Counted from the stretch's first letter, positions 9,712 to 23,309 are shown. The stretch is DNA of 64,000 nucleotides from Octopus bimaculoides (GCF_001194135.2 NC_068989.1:74619367-74683366), one strand, 5' to 3'. Program-made: numbers and translations. The notes: a model not told the origin generated them from the letters alone.

Positions 9712-11619
9712 ATGAGACATCATTTCTGTAATCTCCTTCACATCCTGCTGATAGCTTTTGGAAACCAAGTTATTCAGCTTTCATATTGTTCGGTGAAAAA
9801 TATTGAATGTTATCCTTCGCTTTGTGATACAGAAAGTTTGCAAAGAAGATGTTCTTGTCATAAACATTGTTATCTATATAATGAATGTTGCTCAGACGTA
9901 ATTAATGAAACAATAAGTGACCTTGGAACATCCTTAATGGATTATAGTTGCAGGAAAATTAGTGATAATAAAATAGAAAGTTATTTTCTATTTGATCGCT
10001 GTCCAAGTGAACATTCAGTTACAGAACACGTTACCTATTGTGAAACACCGAATGAGAATGACCAATTATACAACATACCTGCTCTGGGAAAACGAACTAA
10101 AAGACTTTACAGGAATTTGTTCTGTGCTCTGTGCAACGAAGAAGAATACATATTATGGACAGTTCACTATAAATGTAATCATCAGATGGATATAGATTTA
10201 TCACACTTCCTTCACATATTGAGAAATAATCATTGTAATGTATCGATTGAAGCGCCACAGAACTTTCGCGAATATCAATATCCATGTACTGATTATATTT
10301 CAAGTTGTCCCACAAAATTTACCAATACATCTTTAGATTCTCCTTGTATGTTTGAACCAATGGCTATTGTGAGATCAAATGGGACTAGTTTTAGAAACAT
10401 TCATTGCGCTATTTGTAATGGTATTGGTATTAATAATATTGAGTGCAACGTAACGATCTCTTTAAACGTGTCACATGGAAAGAAGGAGTATAGCCTAATA
10501 GCAATATTTAACTATAATCATAACACAGTTGAACTATTAAACGCAAATAATGAAAAAGTATATTTGAAAGAATTGCCGTACTGTTCACCTGGATTTCTTT
10601 ACGACGAACTGAAGAATGAATGCCGACAAGTTGACTTTAGCTTCATCTTAAAGTGTACCCCCGAAAGATTAGACGATTCTGAGTATTCTTTCACTCTTGA
10701 TGGATATATCTATCTGAATTCTTCAAGAACGCTGCTAAACCAGTCAGAATTCATTCGAGATCCCCAAGGCATAAGTATTTGTGCAGATATTTATAACATA
10801 GACGCGCCTATGGATCTTAAAATATACCTTCTATTTTCGGGAATATTGTCCTCCAGTGTAGCTCTAATCATCACTGTTACGGTCTATTTCTCTATACCGA
10901 AACTCCGTACATTACCAGGTAAACTAACTATTGGACTTTTATCTTCAATGTTTGTAACACAGGTTGTTTATTTCATCGAAATTGTTATGCAACGCCGATT
11001 GGTGTGCAACGTATTCGACATATTCTTTCATTATTTCATGTTAGCGACTGCTTTTTGGATGAATGTTATATCATTTGACGCTTCATACAAATTTTCAGGA
11101 ATTATAAAGTTTCCAATTGCAGAAAAACAAGGGAAGAGATTTATCTTGTACTCCTTATATGCTTGGATGTCTCCACTTATATTTGTGATTGCAACATTGA
11201 TATATTTGCAGATTATTTCTCCTAAAGATCCGGACGAATATTTTTGTTGGTATGATAGGAATGGACTTCTAACGTGGTTTGTTGGAGTTCCGCTGATAAC
11301 AATTTTATCTATGAATATGTTGATTTTCAGCGTCACAGTCGTAGGTCTCTGTTTAGCTAGGAAAAACTCATCAAATCATCTTGGGGTACGTAAGGATGTA
11401 GGAATTATGATTTATTTTAAATTAAGCCTTATAATGGGTTTAACATGGTATTTTATGCCTTTATTTGCCTTCGCCGAAATCTACGACGTTTACGATGTTA
11501 GCATAATTGTAAATGCTTTTATCGGTTTAATAATTAGTATTACACTCCTGTCAACGAAAGTCGTAAGACGCCATTTCAAACAATCATGCTCCAAATGTTG
11601 GTACAAAATGCATTGCTAA
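9712..11619 (+). CDS. Family-B (Methuselah-like) GPCR with SMB-like ectodomain, paralogue 2, 635 aa, single coding exon
   Basis: Uninterrupted ORF collinear with paralogue 1, with the same ectodomain Cys pattern and 7TM motifs (KLRTLPGK, HYF..FWMNVISFD, YSLYAW, CWY in ECL2, YFKLSLIMGLTW). Confidence 0.92.
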   Translation: MRHHFCNLLHILLIAFGNQVIQLSYCSVKNIECYPSLCDTESLQRRCSCHKHCYLYNECCSDVINETISDLGTSLMDYSCRKISDNKIESYFLFDRCPSEHSVTEHVTYCETPNENDQLYNIPALGKRTKRLYRNLFCALCNEEEYILWTVHYKCNHQMDIDLSHFLHILRNNHCNVSIEAPQNFREYQYPCTDYISSCPTKFTNTSLDSPCMFEPMAIVRSNGTSFRNIHCAICNGIGINNIECNVTISLNVSHGKKEYSLIAIFNYNHNTVELLNANNEKVYLKELPYCSPGFLYDELKNECRQVDFSFILKCTPERLDDSEYSFTLDGYIYLNSSRTLLNQSEFIRDPQGISICADIYNIDAPMDLKIYLLFSGILSSSVALIITVTVYFSIPKLRTLPGKLTIGLLSSMFVTQVVYFIEIVMQRRLVCNVFDIFFHYFMLATAFWMNVISFDASYKFSGIIKFPIAEKQGKRFILYSLYAWMSPLIFVIATLIYLQIISPKDPDEYFCWYDRNGLLTWFVGVPLITILSMNMLIFSVTVVGLCLARKNSSNHLGVRKDVGIMIYFKLSLIMGLTWYFMPLFAFAEIYDVYDVSIIVNAFIGLIISITLLSTKVVRRHFKQSCSKCWYKMHC

Positions 11620-12561
11620 TCATGAAATCATTTAATTTCATCGTATTACACTATACAAGTAATCAAAAAGATATAGTTAGGTGTTTAACTAAATCCTATA
11701 AGACACGAATTATCACACACTAGGTATAACTATAAACTCTTCAACTCTAATCACATTAATGTATGTTATTTCTCTCTAAAATATTGCTTCCCGAATTAAA
11801 AAATATAGTCCAAAACAAATTCCTGGAGGCGTCATTCATTATTCAATTTGTAACTGAAAAGATTTCACCCAATCTGTCCCACCGCCCATTGGATTGCTGC
11901 TTGTCCAATGAAGTAATATATCGATGATCGTAAGAATTCAAAACGACGTCAAGAATGAGTATACCAAAAATGAGAATATGATGCTAAATGTGAACGCTAT
12001 CAAACTGTCGCTTCCATCAATGTTTTCACTCGTTAGATCAAGTCAAAGGGAAAATCCAAAATACATACAAATCAAAAGTAGTCATTGAGAAATCATAATT
12101 GGTCGTGTCAATTATTCAGATACTTCCTCCCCAGAAGGGAAAGAAAGTAGCAGCTGACCGACTCCCTGCAGCATGTTCTATCACGAAACAAATATTAACC
12201 GATAATTCTCATCGGTTGATTTCACAATTTACCTAAGGTCCTACGTGTTATCGTTTGAAAAATAGCCGATATATACGTCTCAGCATTTAGGAATATCCAT
12301 GTAAAGTTGGATTGAAACATTGACTGTTTCTCATATATACGATATAGCAAGAGCTACCTTTCGCTTGTTAGTTTGTGGCACCTTCCTTTCCAGTATGTGG
12401 CACTGAGGAGGACATAACAACTCTGAAATGTATGATTCCATCAGCCTGGGTAGGTGAATCTTCGAACTTAATTGGTGCTTTTGCACCTATAGATGTATAT
12501 AGTGAGAGACTTTCTTCATGACAAAATACCATGAACGGATTACAAGTTCGAATATATATAT

Positions 12562-12602
<41 letters not shown>

Positions 12603-13152
12603 NNNNNNNNNNNNNNNNNNNNNNNNNNNNNNNNNNNNNNNNNNNNNNNNNNNNNNNNNNNNNNNNNNNNNNNNNNNNNNNNNNNNNNNNNNNNNNNNNN
12701 NNNNNNNNNNNNNNNNNNNNNNNNNNNNNNNNNNNNNNNNNNNNNNNNNNNNNNNNNNNNNNNNNNNNNNNNNNNNNNNNNNNNNNNNNNNNNNNNNNNN
12801 NNNNNNNNNNNNNNNNNNNNNNNNNNNNNNNNNNNNNNNNNNNNTATATAAATTTATTTATTTATTTATTTATTTATATTCATATATATACATATATATT
12901 ATTTGTATTTTGTAATATCTTTTAATGTATTTGATGTACCTAATTTGTTTTTCCGCATTATTACTTCTATACCCGCTCAACTTGATCCCTCTTACAGCCA
13001 TTCTTTACCTTGTGGAATGATCCCTTGTAAAAACATCGGAATCTAAGTTTTAATCATTTCAACACTAATAACTGTCTTTCATATGTGAATATGTGGATCT
13101 GGTCTATGAACTATATAGATATAATATAATATAGTATAATATCATATATAAT

Positions 13153-13830
13153 ATTATGTCGTCAAGTATGAAATTTGTAGCAAAAGAAAGTTTGCTAATG
13201 TTTTATAAATACAAGAAATAGTTTTATTCATCAAAGTATGCACCCATATTGTCATTACACATTTGCCATTTCAGCGGTAGCTTGTCCAGCCCGGAACTGT
13301 TAAAGCCTTGGAATTTTGAGTCAATAAATTTTTAGAAAGCCTGTTTTACAGTATCGTCGGAATAAATTTTTTTTCCTATCAAAAAATTATCCAAATTCTG
13401 GAAGAAGTGGTAGTCAGTGGGGTCAAGACCAGGTGAGTATCGTGGATGAGGGAGAACTTCCAACTCCAACTCCTGTAGTTTCGCCAATGTCATTTTTGCG
13501 ATTTGTAGTCTGGTGTTGTCTTGCAATAAAATAGGCGTGGATCTCTTGACTAGTCTAAGCTGTTTTTGCTTTGCTTCTGCATCATTCGGTCCAGTTGACT
13601 GCAGTATACTTCGGCCGTGATTCATGAGCCAGGTTTAATGAAATCATAACGGATCACACCTGCGCCAGATCACTAAACACACGCCATCAGCTTCTTTTGA
13701 TGAATCTTTGCGTGATTGTCTAATTGAAGTATCATGTGATGATTCATTTGCTCTCCTTCTTTTCAATTTATCTGCTACCACCATTTTTCGAGCAATGGAG
13801 GATCACTTCCTTGAAGACATTATGTCAAGA
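13153..13830 (-). mobile_element. Mariner (DD34D) transposase remnant, internally deleted
   Basis: Minus-strand ILLQDNTRLQIAKMTLAKLQELELEVLPHPRYSPGLDPTDYHFFQNLDNFL matches the mariner HPPYSPDLAPSDYHLF motif. One mariner-like terminus (TATGTCGTCAAGTATGAAATTTG); other boundary approximate. Confidence 0.8.
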
Positions 13831-14114
13831 AATATGACGTAATAATCTAAAATGACAATTACAAGTTAATAAGGAAATGTCAATAAAATATTGTAATATC
13901 AATATCTTAGCAAATTTTAAGAAAAGTTACCTTGCAATCAGTTATCCTGTCCCCTTTCTCCACAGTAGTCGTACTTGCCCCAGGAAGGTCGTTACCTGGC
14001 CCCATTATTTATCAGTATAAAAGTATAAAAAACATCTCTGGAACATACGTAATGTATGCTCCCAGTTTGAAGAAATTCATATGCAAACTTCAGACTTTAT
14101 GCTGGTTTACATAG

Positions 14115-14156
<42 letters not shown>

Positions 14157-14499
14157 ACACAAACACATACACACAAACACAATCTGTGTTTTATATATAG
14201 AGAGATGGTTATTATATATTCTATTATTTTATTATTTCTTTATAACTATAATTTTCTTTCCAGTTTACCTTTTACTCTCTATTTTACCTTATCCTGTTAC
14301 ATTACCATATTTTATTTTATTTTTTTATTTCATTCTATCATACTGTTTCTTACAATATTATTTGTATACTCAATATCTATCGGCTACCAATTTTTTAATG
14401 TCCGAATTCTTTTATCATAATCCAGAAAAAATGTGATGTATAAAAATTTAGACTATTTTCAAACCTTCCTTGTTTTCATTTTCCTGCATATATACATGA

Positions 14500-14509
14500 A
14501 TGTGTGTGG

Positions 14510-14600
<91 letters not shown>

Positions 14601-14625
14601 TGTGTCTATCTGTGTTTGTGTGTGT
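14500..14625. repeat. (GT)n microsatellite
   Basis: Direct reading. Confidence 0.95.
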
Positions 14626-16334
14626 TTTTCATTGTGCGTACGGCTCTATTTGTTTTTATTACCCTCCTCGCGTAAGCAAAAGCAGAATATTGTCATTCGT
14701 CTTTGTCTGTTTCTGTATTTGCAACATTACTGGAAAACTGCGGAACGGATTTTCTATATATTCTACATTTTGTTTATATATTTTTTAAATCAGTTTCTTA
14801 AATTCTTTCTAAATTAAAATGTCTTAGATTTACTTCTGTGCTATTTCCACTTCCATATATAAAAAAAATGTATTTGTATAGATCTTTAGTCTTTTTCCAA
14901 ATATATATACATATATCAGAAAAAAAAGACTAAGAGATCAATGAAGTAGCTGTACGAAAAATTAATGTTCGCAGCTACTTCAACATGGATGTCCGTTCGA
15001 ACGGACTCTACTGCGATTTTTTAATCCCCAGAAGACATCTCATCTAGTTGATTAACGATGCACAGCTGCATGCGATATATTGCGAACAGGGGAGCCAACC
15101 CCCATTGCATTCTTGCGACGGGAGCAGTAGACAAACCTGGTTTGCGTCTCTTCAATACTGGGCACCTCGTCTGTTAGAGACTACAGTAGCTCGCTTCTAC
15201 TTGCAATATATATATAAATTCAAGCGACACACAGTCGCTGATTTTGCAACAAGCAAAATTGCTGGTTTTAAATCTCTCTAAGAGATCAGCGCAGTAGTTG
15301 TATTAACAAGTAATATTCGTAGCCACTTCAACATGGCTGTCATTTCGATGTAGCTGTGTCTCGTTAACCAATTAGAAGAGATGTACTCTCAGGTTAAAAA
15401 ATCGTGGTAAAGTCATATAAAATCTCTTGTATTATATGTTCTATATCTTATGTGTAATAAATAATGTAACGATATTATTCGGGCTACTGTTATTATTCAC
15501 AAGAACATATTATGTCCATCATTCTAGGTCTGAAGATCATTCATTTGCCAATCGGGACGGTCACATCTTTATAATTCCTGGTTAAAATCTGCTACTATTT
15601 TTGAGCAACGTAATTTCAAAAGGTACATACATCCACAGTAATTCCGTTTCTCAAAGTTATTGCGTAGCAGTGGATCCGTGTCTGTGACACTACAATGAAA
15701 CTAAGAAATGTTTAAGCAGTTGTGTTTTTAATGATTTTTTTTTATTACTAATGTAACTGTTTTAGTTTCAACGCACACTCTTCAATTAAGTTATTTGTCA
15801 TGCAAGTATATTTCCGGACTAATAACTATATTCAGTCTAAAAATGGGAAATCTTATGTATTATGTATTATAGACAATGTGATTTTTTAATTTTTTTCCTC
15901 ATTAATAATTAGAGTTTCTGAAGAGCAAGTCTTTGAAGTAAGGTTGATGTTACTAGAATATGCAGTCCCTATGAATCTAAGGTTTGCGCATTGCTGCGTC
16001 GGCGCCCGTCAAAGCGCTCGAATTGCACCGCGTGCTTCGCACCAGATAATGAACCACCGCTCTGCGGTAGCCCGATCCTTTCTCCATCTGTCGTAGGGGC
16101 CAATACACGTAGATCAATTACTGCATGAAAGTTATGGAACGGAAAGCAGTTACAAAGTATTAGCAAAATGCATCTTTAATGGTAAAAACAAAATAACAAA
16201 ATAAATAAAATCAAAAGTATGTAATTCAAAATGTTTGATGGATCTCTTTTAAAGACGAACGCTATGAGAATGAGTGATATGACCGGAAAGACTCAGTCAA
16301 ATAACCCTACTGTTTATGCGCTAAGATCATCTCC

Positions 16335-16377
16335 TCTCTCTCTCTCTCCCTCAATTCCTTTCTCTCTCTCTCACTCC

Positions 16378-16415
<38 letters not shown>

Positions 16416-16460
16416 TTCTCTCTCTCCCTCTCTCACCCTTTCTCTCTCTCCCTCTCTCGC
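16335..16460. repeat. (CT)n microsatellite
   Basis: Direct reading. Confidence 0.95.
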
Positions 16461-18487
16461 CCTTTTCACTCTCCCTGTTTAAGATCTCTCACTTTCTAAT
16501 TAATGTTTTAACTTATTGCAAGCATGAGCTAGAAAAAGCAAAGTTAGTTTAAAACAAGTTACACTTATTTGGTATACGCTAAATATTTTATCTTCATCTC
16601 TAATCTCCGCAATAGGTACCCTAATCTTAGCATATTTATTTTTCTGCTCTCACATTTCCTGACAATAATCCATCGTTCAGGGCGGAGTATACCCTCTCCA
16701 ACCTCCTCCACAATACGTGATAGTGGTATTTACGTATCCCCAAAGAAGAGAAAATAAAATGGTCATTGAATTGTGGAATAACAGGACAAAACCTTCTACT
16801 TGTAGCCATGCAATAATATACAAACTTAACATAGTAGCAATACGATGAAATACAATCTGAACACACGTCACCAGCTAAACCAGCGACCCCACCGAGCTTA
16901 TGTACCGAAGAGAGTGTAATTTTCCCTTTATTCTTACCTATATGAACAACCTGCATGACGAAAATTGGGAACCTTACGAAGGGTGGTGGATTAAGACAGG
17001 AGAGTCAACAGGCATCCGAACAGTATTTCGATATCATTATTGGTAATGTTGCTATTCGTGTTGCTAAAACTAAACATGGTGTACTGTACTACAGAATCAC
17101 GTTGGATGACAATAAAATAATAATTGTTACTGCAGTGTAACGTATCTGCTTACAGGGGTTCCGTATGTCACTATGGGATGATATACATTTTAGGTTTGTT
17201 TAGTATACTCCCTATGATATTTTGCCTATAACAACACCAATAATTGCGTCAAATTATCACTACAGTCCTCTGTATTCGATTAGTATCAGATAAAAATGTA
17301 TATTGCAGCGCCGCTGATGAATGAAAGATCCTTAAGTGAAGGTATCTTGCAAGGCTAGTATCCGTATCCATAGTATGATGGGCCCGGTAGCACTGCAACT
17401 ACTGGTGTAAGTATTAGGAGAAAACGTTCAGAAAATGACGTCAGAATTATTAGGGAGTGAGCGTGAGCAACGAATGCATGAAATAGAGAAAGACTTGTTC
17501 TTGGCGACAAAATAAGGAGTTTTAGATTTTAAAAATAATTGAATCATGACAAAATATTGGCTATCACAGCTGCAGCAGAAAGAATTTGTCACATATGTGA
17601 AAGGTAAAGAGAAGGAAAAGATCAATGGGTCGTCAGCAGGAAAGAAGTGGTATCGAAGACGAAATAAATTCGCTAAGGGGAAGGATATTACTGAGGATAG
17701 GCAAATAAAAAGAAAGGAACTTATTTCAATGTTTAAATGGGAAGAGAAATCGGGACAGAATGAGTTTGGCGACTTCAAAGGAATCGGAAGTGAAATTACA
17801 AGACTAGATAAATAATTAGCTAAAGTCAAGGTTGAGAATATTAGAAACGAAAATAACCTCATACTGTGCAGTTTGTATCACTGTGAAACTGAAAAGAAGT
17901 TCATGAGGAGGAAAAGATACAAGAACGATCTCCCGAGAAACTATAACATTATACGCAGGGGGTTACAGAACGCTAAGCCAGAGGTAGGGTAAAAGAATTT
18001 GGTAAATCCATATAAAAAAAATAAAGACCCACAAAGAATAAATCAATATGCATAGAACAGGCTCCTCTAAAACAATAAAAGGAAATTGTAGCAGTAAGTT
18101 CACAACGATAATAAATGTTAGGTGAATGATGTGCCAAATGCTGCGGCATCAAGGAAGATTTGATCAGGTACTTCGAGTAAAAAGGTTCGACACAAGGGTA
18201 TAACGACTTGCTTTAGGCAATTTATAACTGAAATAGAAAATAAATCAATATACGAGAATAAAAATATTATAGAAATCAAATTAAACGAGACGTTTGAAGA
18301 AGTATCAAACCGGAAAACTCCTGAACCCGATCAGCATAAGACAGTACTCCAGATGAGAGATTCTGACATAAAAGTTTCACAAACAGGTATAGTTATTATA
18401 CAACTTTTTCTTATTAATTCTGTGAGAAATAGAACACCAACATGAATGACAAAGACAATTTTAATACTGATGGTGATGGTGGCGGTT

Positions 18488-18523
18488 GTGGTGGTGGTGG
18501 TGGTGGTGCAGCAGAGCAGCATC

Positions 18524-18588
<65 letters not shown>
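18488..18588. repeat. (GGT)n and (AGT)n trinucleotide repeats
   Basis: Direct reading. Confidence 0.95.
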
Positions 18589-18940
18589 CCAGTTTCCTAT
18601 TTAGTCTAATTTCCTGTTTCTGCTTATGTATCCAATGTAAACCTAAGCAATTTGTTTATGAATCTAACGTAAACCTAGGTAAAACTAATTTACACATTAA
18701 GTATATTATTTATATTTACGTTGTTTTATGTATGTCTTTTTTTATCTTTTGCAATCACTTGAGATGGCACAAGAATACGCCAACAGAGAGTGTTAACACT
18801 GCCTTTGTAGAATATGCTTGGAAATCAGATGCAATATGCTACTGTGATATACGTCATATAAATATGAGGTGAAAGCATGTTTGGCGCCCAAAATAACAAT
18901 CACATGATAGTAATATGGTAGCGAGTTGATGGGAACTGAC

Positions 18941-18993
18941 GTTGTTGTTGTTGTTGTTATTGTTGTTCTTGTTCTTGTTCTTGTTGCTGTTGC

Positions 18994-19060
<67 letters not shown>
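18941..19060. repeat. (GTT)n and (GAT)n trinucleotide repeats
   Basis: Direct reading. Confidence 0.95.
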
Positions 19061-19440
19061 AACGACGGTACTGGTACTTGTAGTTCTAAATTTCATGAAA
19101 GAGCAACTTTTATAATCAGTCGAAATGCATGACTACAAAACAACAAAACACACACCGAAGTACACGATGCCACTGAATATTGATGTCGTAAGCTACAGTT
19201 TCTCACCAAATTACTGCTGAAATATCGGAGAATTTACAAAGTAATTTCAACCATGTTAACATTGCAGAAAGGTATGATGCGACCCCAAAAAATCAGCACT
19301 TCGACCGGTAGATATACTCACACATTTAACAAGAAAAAAGTATGAAATAAGTAGCAGAGAGTTGTTTTTAATATAGGCGCGAGGTTGGCAATCTTAAGGG
19401 GAGTTTTTAATTTGATCTGGAGGGATGAAAAACAAATTTG

Positions 19441-19534
19441 ACTTCGGCAGAATTTGAACTCAGAACGTAAAGTATCGGAAGAAATACCGCAGGGTTTTTT
19501 ATTTTTTATTTTGCTCTCTAACGACTCTTGCAGC
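19441..19534 (-). mobile_element. SINE head fragment (same family as 32621-32844)
   Basis: Revcomp contains GCGGTATTTC...TTACGTTCTGAGTTCAAATTCTGCCGAAG, matching other copies in the window. Confidence 0.55.
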
Positions 19535-21410
19535 TTAGGCAATATAAACAGGCATTTCACAGATGAGATAAATGTTTCTTTCTTTCCCTGTCTCTTTTTC
19601 AAAAACATTTAGTGTCCATTGGGATAATATCGGTTTTACCAAAGGTCTTGTGAATGATTAAAAGGTGGTGTTTGATAAGGTACTTTATAACATTACTGGA
19701 AAAATATCACATGGCGAAACAATTATGATTAAAACGAGTGTTTGTACAAAGTATTCTTCAACTTAGAACCTGTTTTAATACGGTATGTTGGACTGGTGTT
19801 GCGTTTAGTTTCTATAGAACTAAACAAGAGCTAAACATGTCACAACTCTAACGCTTACATTAGATGCTTTAGTATTGACGCTGTAGTTTGTATAAGAAGT
19901 TTTTCGCCTTCTTCTTGAGTTAGAATTTCGCTCAGTACCTTCTCCTTGAATCATCAGAACATACCAGACTGGTATTTTGATCACTCATGGAAGGTGCAAG
20001 CACGATGTATTAATTTTCCATCTTAGTGTCTGAACGCCTTATGACCACTATCTGACTTGCTCAGATAGAAGACCACTTAAAATAGTCTTAATATGGACGA
20101 CTATCTTGGAGACAAAAAGGGATTGAAGAAGACTTATAACATTTGTAACAAATAACGCGAAGCATTATTTGCTTTGTAAATGCTGCGGTGGCGCCTATCC
20201 GTTATTGGTCCACTCATCGATTAACGAACCTACAGTCGAATCGGACAATCTCCAGTCATCAATCTTTGCGCCCGATGGTAAGCCATGATAATAGTAGCAG
20301 TTTCTCCAACAATTTCTCTTGGTCATTCTCTCTAAGAAGACTAATATAAACACATACAAACAGAGAACAAACACACAAATATAGGAGGATGTAAGATTAG
20401 AATAATCATTGGATGACAGAAAAGTAATTAAATTAAATATTATTGATAATAATATTCATCAGAATATTATAATAAATAAATCATAGGAAGTCAAGTCAAT
20501 ATAGAAAAGGGCGGGGCTGAATGTATTGTTTCAACCTGCTAAGTTGTTTTATGTTCATCTATCTTTAGAAATATTATGCCGTTCAGGACACATTATATAT
20601 GTGAAAAAGAAAAGGCATGATAGTCAAGCCAGGAACACATTTAATCACATTTTCATTCGACCGCGAGTCATATATTGGATAAACTGCATGAGAGTATTGA
20701 ACGTGGGAATATGCTACTCCTATTTATAGTCATTTCAATAAGTAATTAAGTCATATTTCGACTATGCTCACATTTTTGTATTGATATATTAGATAACAAT
20801 GGCCTAACTGATCATACTGCCAGAAATATGGGAATGTTGAAGTGTTTTTGCCTCAAGGAAATTATTATATAATCTAAAGAAGTTTCTGCATCATGAAAAC
20901 CCAGCTGCTCCCCATTAAGTATACTGCTCTTCTCTATGCCATCATTTTCGGCCAATAAAAAGACAACATTCGTTAATGTATCTCACCAGCATCTTTTTTG
21001 ACAAACAACGAAAGAAAGAGGAACGAATAACGCAACGTATAACAGCGCTTTATAAAGCCCGCTCAATTACTGAACTGAACTGATGCATTTTTTTTTTATA
21101 AACCCGGACAGAATAATAGTCAAATTGAACATAGACCGTATTTGAACTACGAACGTATTTGAACTCCGACCGTATTTGAACTACCTGAACAAACACTGCA
21201 AGTCAATTAAATTGACATTCCAAGGATCCACTTAGTCCACTTCTTTCATGGACTATAAAAACCTAACAATTCTCAGTATCACAAATCACTTATTTGATTT
21301 ATTCATGCTCTGATTTATGTATTATTATAAACATTTGAATAGGGAAAATGCATTCAAAGACAATAAAAGTAGCAGCAACAATTACATTGGGTTAGTTGAA
21401 CTGCACCCTA

Positions 21411-22419
21411 TCTAATATATCATACTATAATGGGCGTCTGTCTGTACCCTCGTCACGGTGAAACGTCTGAACCAATGGTCACGATGTTTTTCGGAATTAC
21501 CAAGGAGGTAATCAGGCGGGTTTTTAGCGTAAAACATTTTTAAAAGTATGGTTATTTACTGGCTATTTAGGGTAATTGTTCAGTCTACGGGTGTACTAAA
21601 AAGCTAATAAAAATTACAGGCATAAAAAAGTAAACAAAAATAAAGGGAGGTAACTTCTAATAAAAGAAGCAAAGGAAAATAAATCAACTTACTTTTCCAC
21701 TAAATTATGCCATATAAGAAAGTTTTAGTTTAGGATAGCTTTATTAACGAATGATTGTGATGGCTTCGGCTCATCAATTGGCGTATGACTACTAGGAACA
21801 TTATCAATAACGATTGTATGCATGAAGCTGTGTAACGCTTTATTAAATTTTCCTTCGTTTCACGCCATTATGACCTGGAAACGGAGATCAGGAATTGGTA
21901 GGACTACGAGGAAAGCTGCCACTATAAAACATAAGAGAAAATATAACAGTGAATACAGACAATCCTAACAGAAGAAGGATACAGAAACTCATAGAATTCA
22001 CCTTGATACAGAAGTGAGAGCGTCAGAACAGAACAGGGATACGCTAGCTCACCAAGTAACAGAGAGAGCTTCGGAACAGATAAGGAACACTCTAGCTCGC
22101 CGAAAATCAAGACAAGTACAGTTTCCTATAAAACTGTTTTTTTTTCATTTACAAGACACAGGTCCAGACTTTACATCGTGTAGGTGTATTTTTACCCATT
22201 CTGATGTTTCCACACAGCCAGTTATACGTCGCTATGTGTCGAGCAACGGACTCCAGTAATTTGAAAATTAGTGTCAACCACACGCAAGATATCGTCTATA
22301 AAGAAGTTTTGTAATCATATTGATATTAAAATCCATTTATCACATTTTTCAATATGTACTGTTGTTACGACTTCCTTCCCACATTTTATGCCTCCATCTT
22401 AGATGGGTAGATTTGCTAG
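21411..22419 (+). mobile_element. Non-autonomous Helitron (internal deletion derivative)
   Basis: A|TC 5' start. PIF1-helicase C-terminal remnant QFPIKL...KTQVQTLHRVGVFLP..FPHSQLYVAMCRAT...DIVYKEVL*. 3' hairpin CCATCT-T-AGATGG followed by CTAG|T at 22416-22419. Confidence 0.82.
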
Positions 22420-23309
22420 TATTAGTAATAATGATTTATTTCAAGTTCATGTAGAGTGAAAAGGTAATGATTTCAAAATGTCAGCGAGATATCTAAATAG
22501 CAGGAATTCCATTTCAGCAGTAGTGGGATGAAAATATATAAATACAATTGCGTATGTATGTATGTATGTATGTATGTATGTATGTCTGCATGTATGTATG
22601 TATGTGTATATATATATACATACATATATGTTCATGAGANNNNNNNNNNNNNNNNNNNNNNNNNNNNNNNNNNNNNNNNNNNNNNNNNNNNNNNNNNNNN
22701 NNNNNNNNNNNNNNNNNNNNNNNNNNNNNNNNNNNNNNNNNNNNNNNNNNNNNNNNNNNNNNNNNNNNNNNNNNNNNNNNNNNNNNNNNNNNNNNNNNNN
22801 NNNNNNNNNNNNNNNNNNNNNNNNNNNNNNNNNNNNNNNNNNNNNNNNNNNNNNNNNNNNNNNNNNNNNNNNNNNNNNNNNNNNNNNNNNNNNNNNNNNN
22901 NNNNNNNNNNNNNNNNNNNNNNNNNNNNNNNNNNNNNNNNNNNNNNNNNNNNNNNNNNNNNNNNNNNNNNNNNNNNNNNNNNNNNNNNNNNNNNNNNNNN
23001 NNNNNNNNNNNNNNNNNNNNNNNNNNNNNNNNNNNNNNNNNNNNNNNNNNNNNNNNNNNNNNNNNNNNNNNNNNNNNNNNNNNNNNNNNNNNNNNNNNNN
23101 NNNNNNNNNNNNNNNNNNNNNNNNNNNNNNNNNNNNNNNNNNNNNNNNNNNNNNNNNNNNNNNNNNNNNNNNNNNNNNNNNNNNNNNNNNNNNNNNNNNN
23201 NNNNNNNNNNNNNNNNNNNNNNNNNNNNNNNNNNNNNNNNNNNNNNNNNNNNGTATGTATGTATGTGTATATATATATACACACACGAACATCACAGAAA
23301 TATATATAC

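Noticed and set aside
9992-10315. Alternative-frame and antisense ORFs recurring in paralogues 2 and 4 (also 51565-51912)
   Set aside because: They are shadows of the highly conserved GPCR segment, with no independent coding signal.
16569-16757. Short ORF ending in an SV40-like NLS (SPKKRK)
   Set aside because: A short frame with no domain or splice support; such motifs arise by chance in A-rich DNA.
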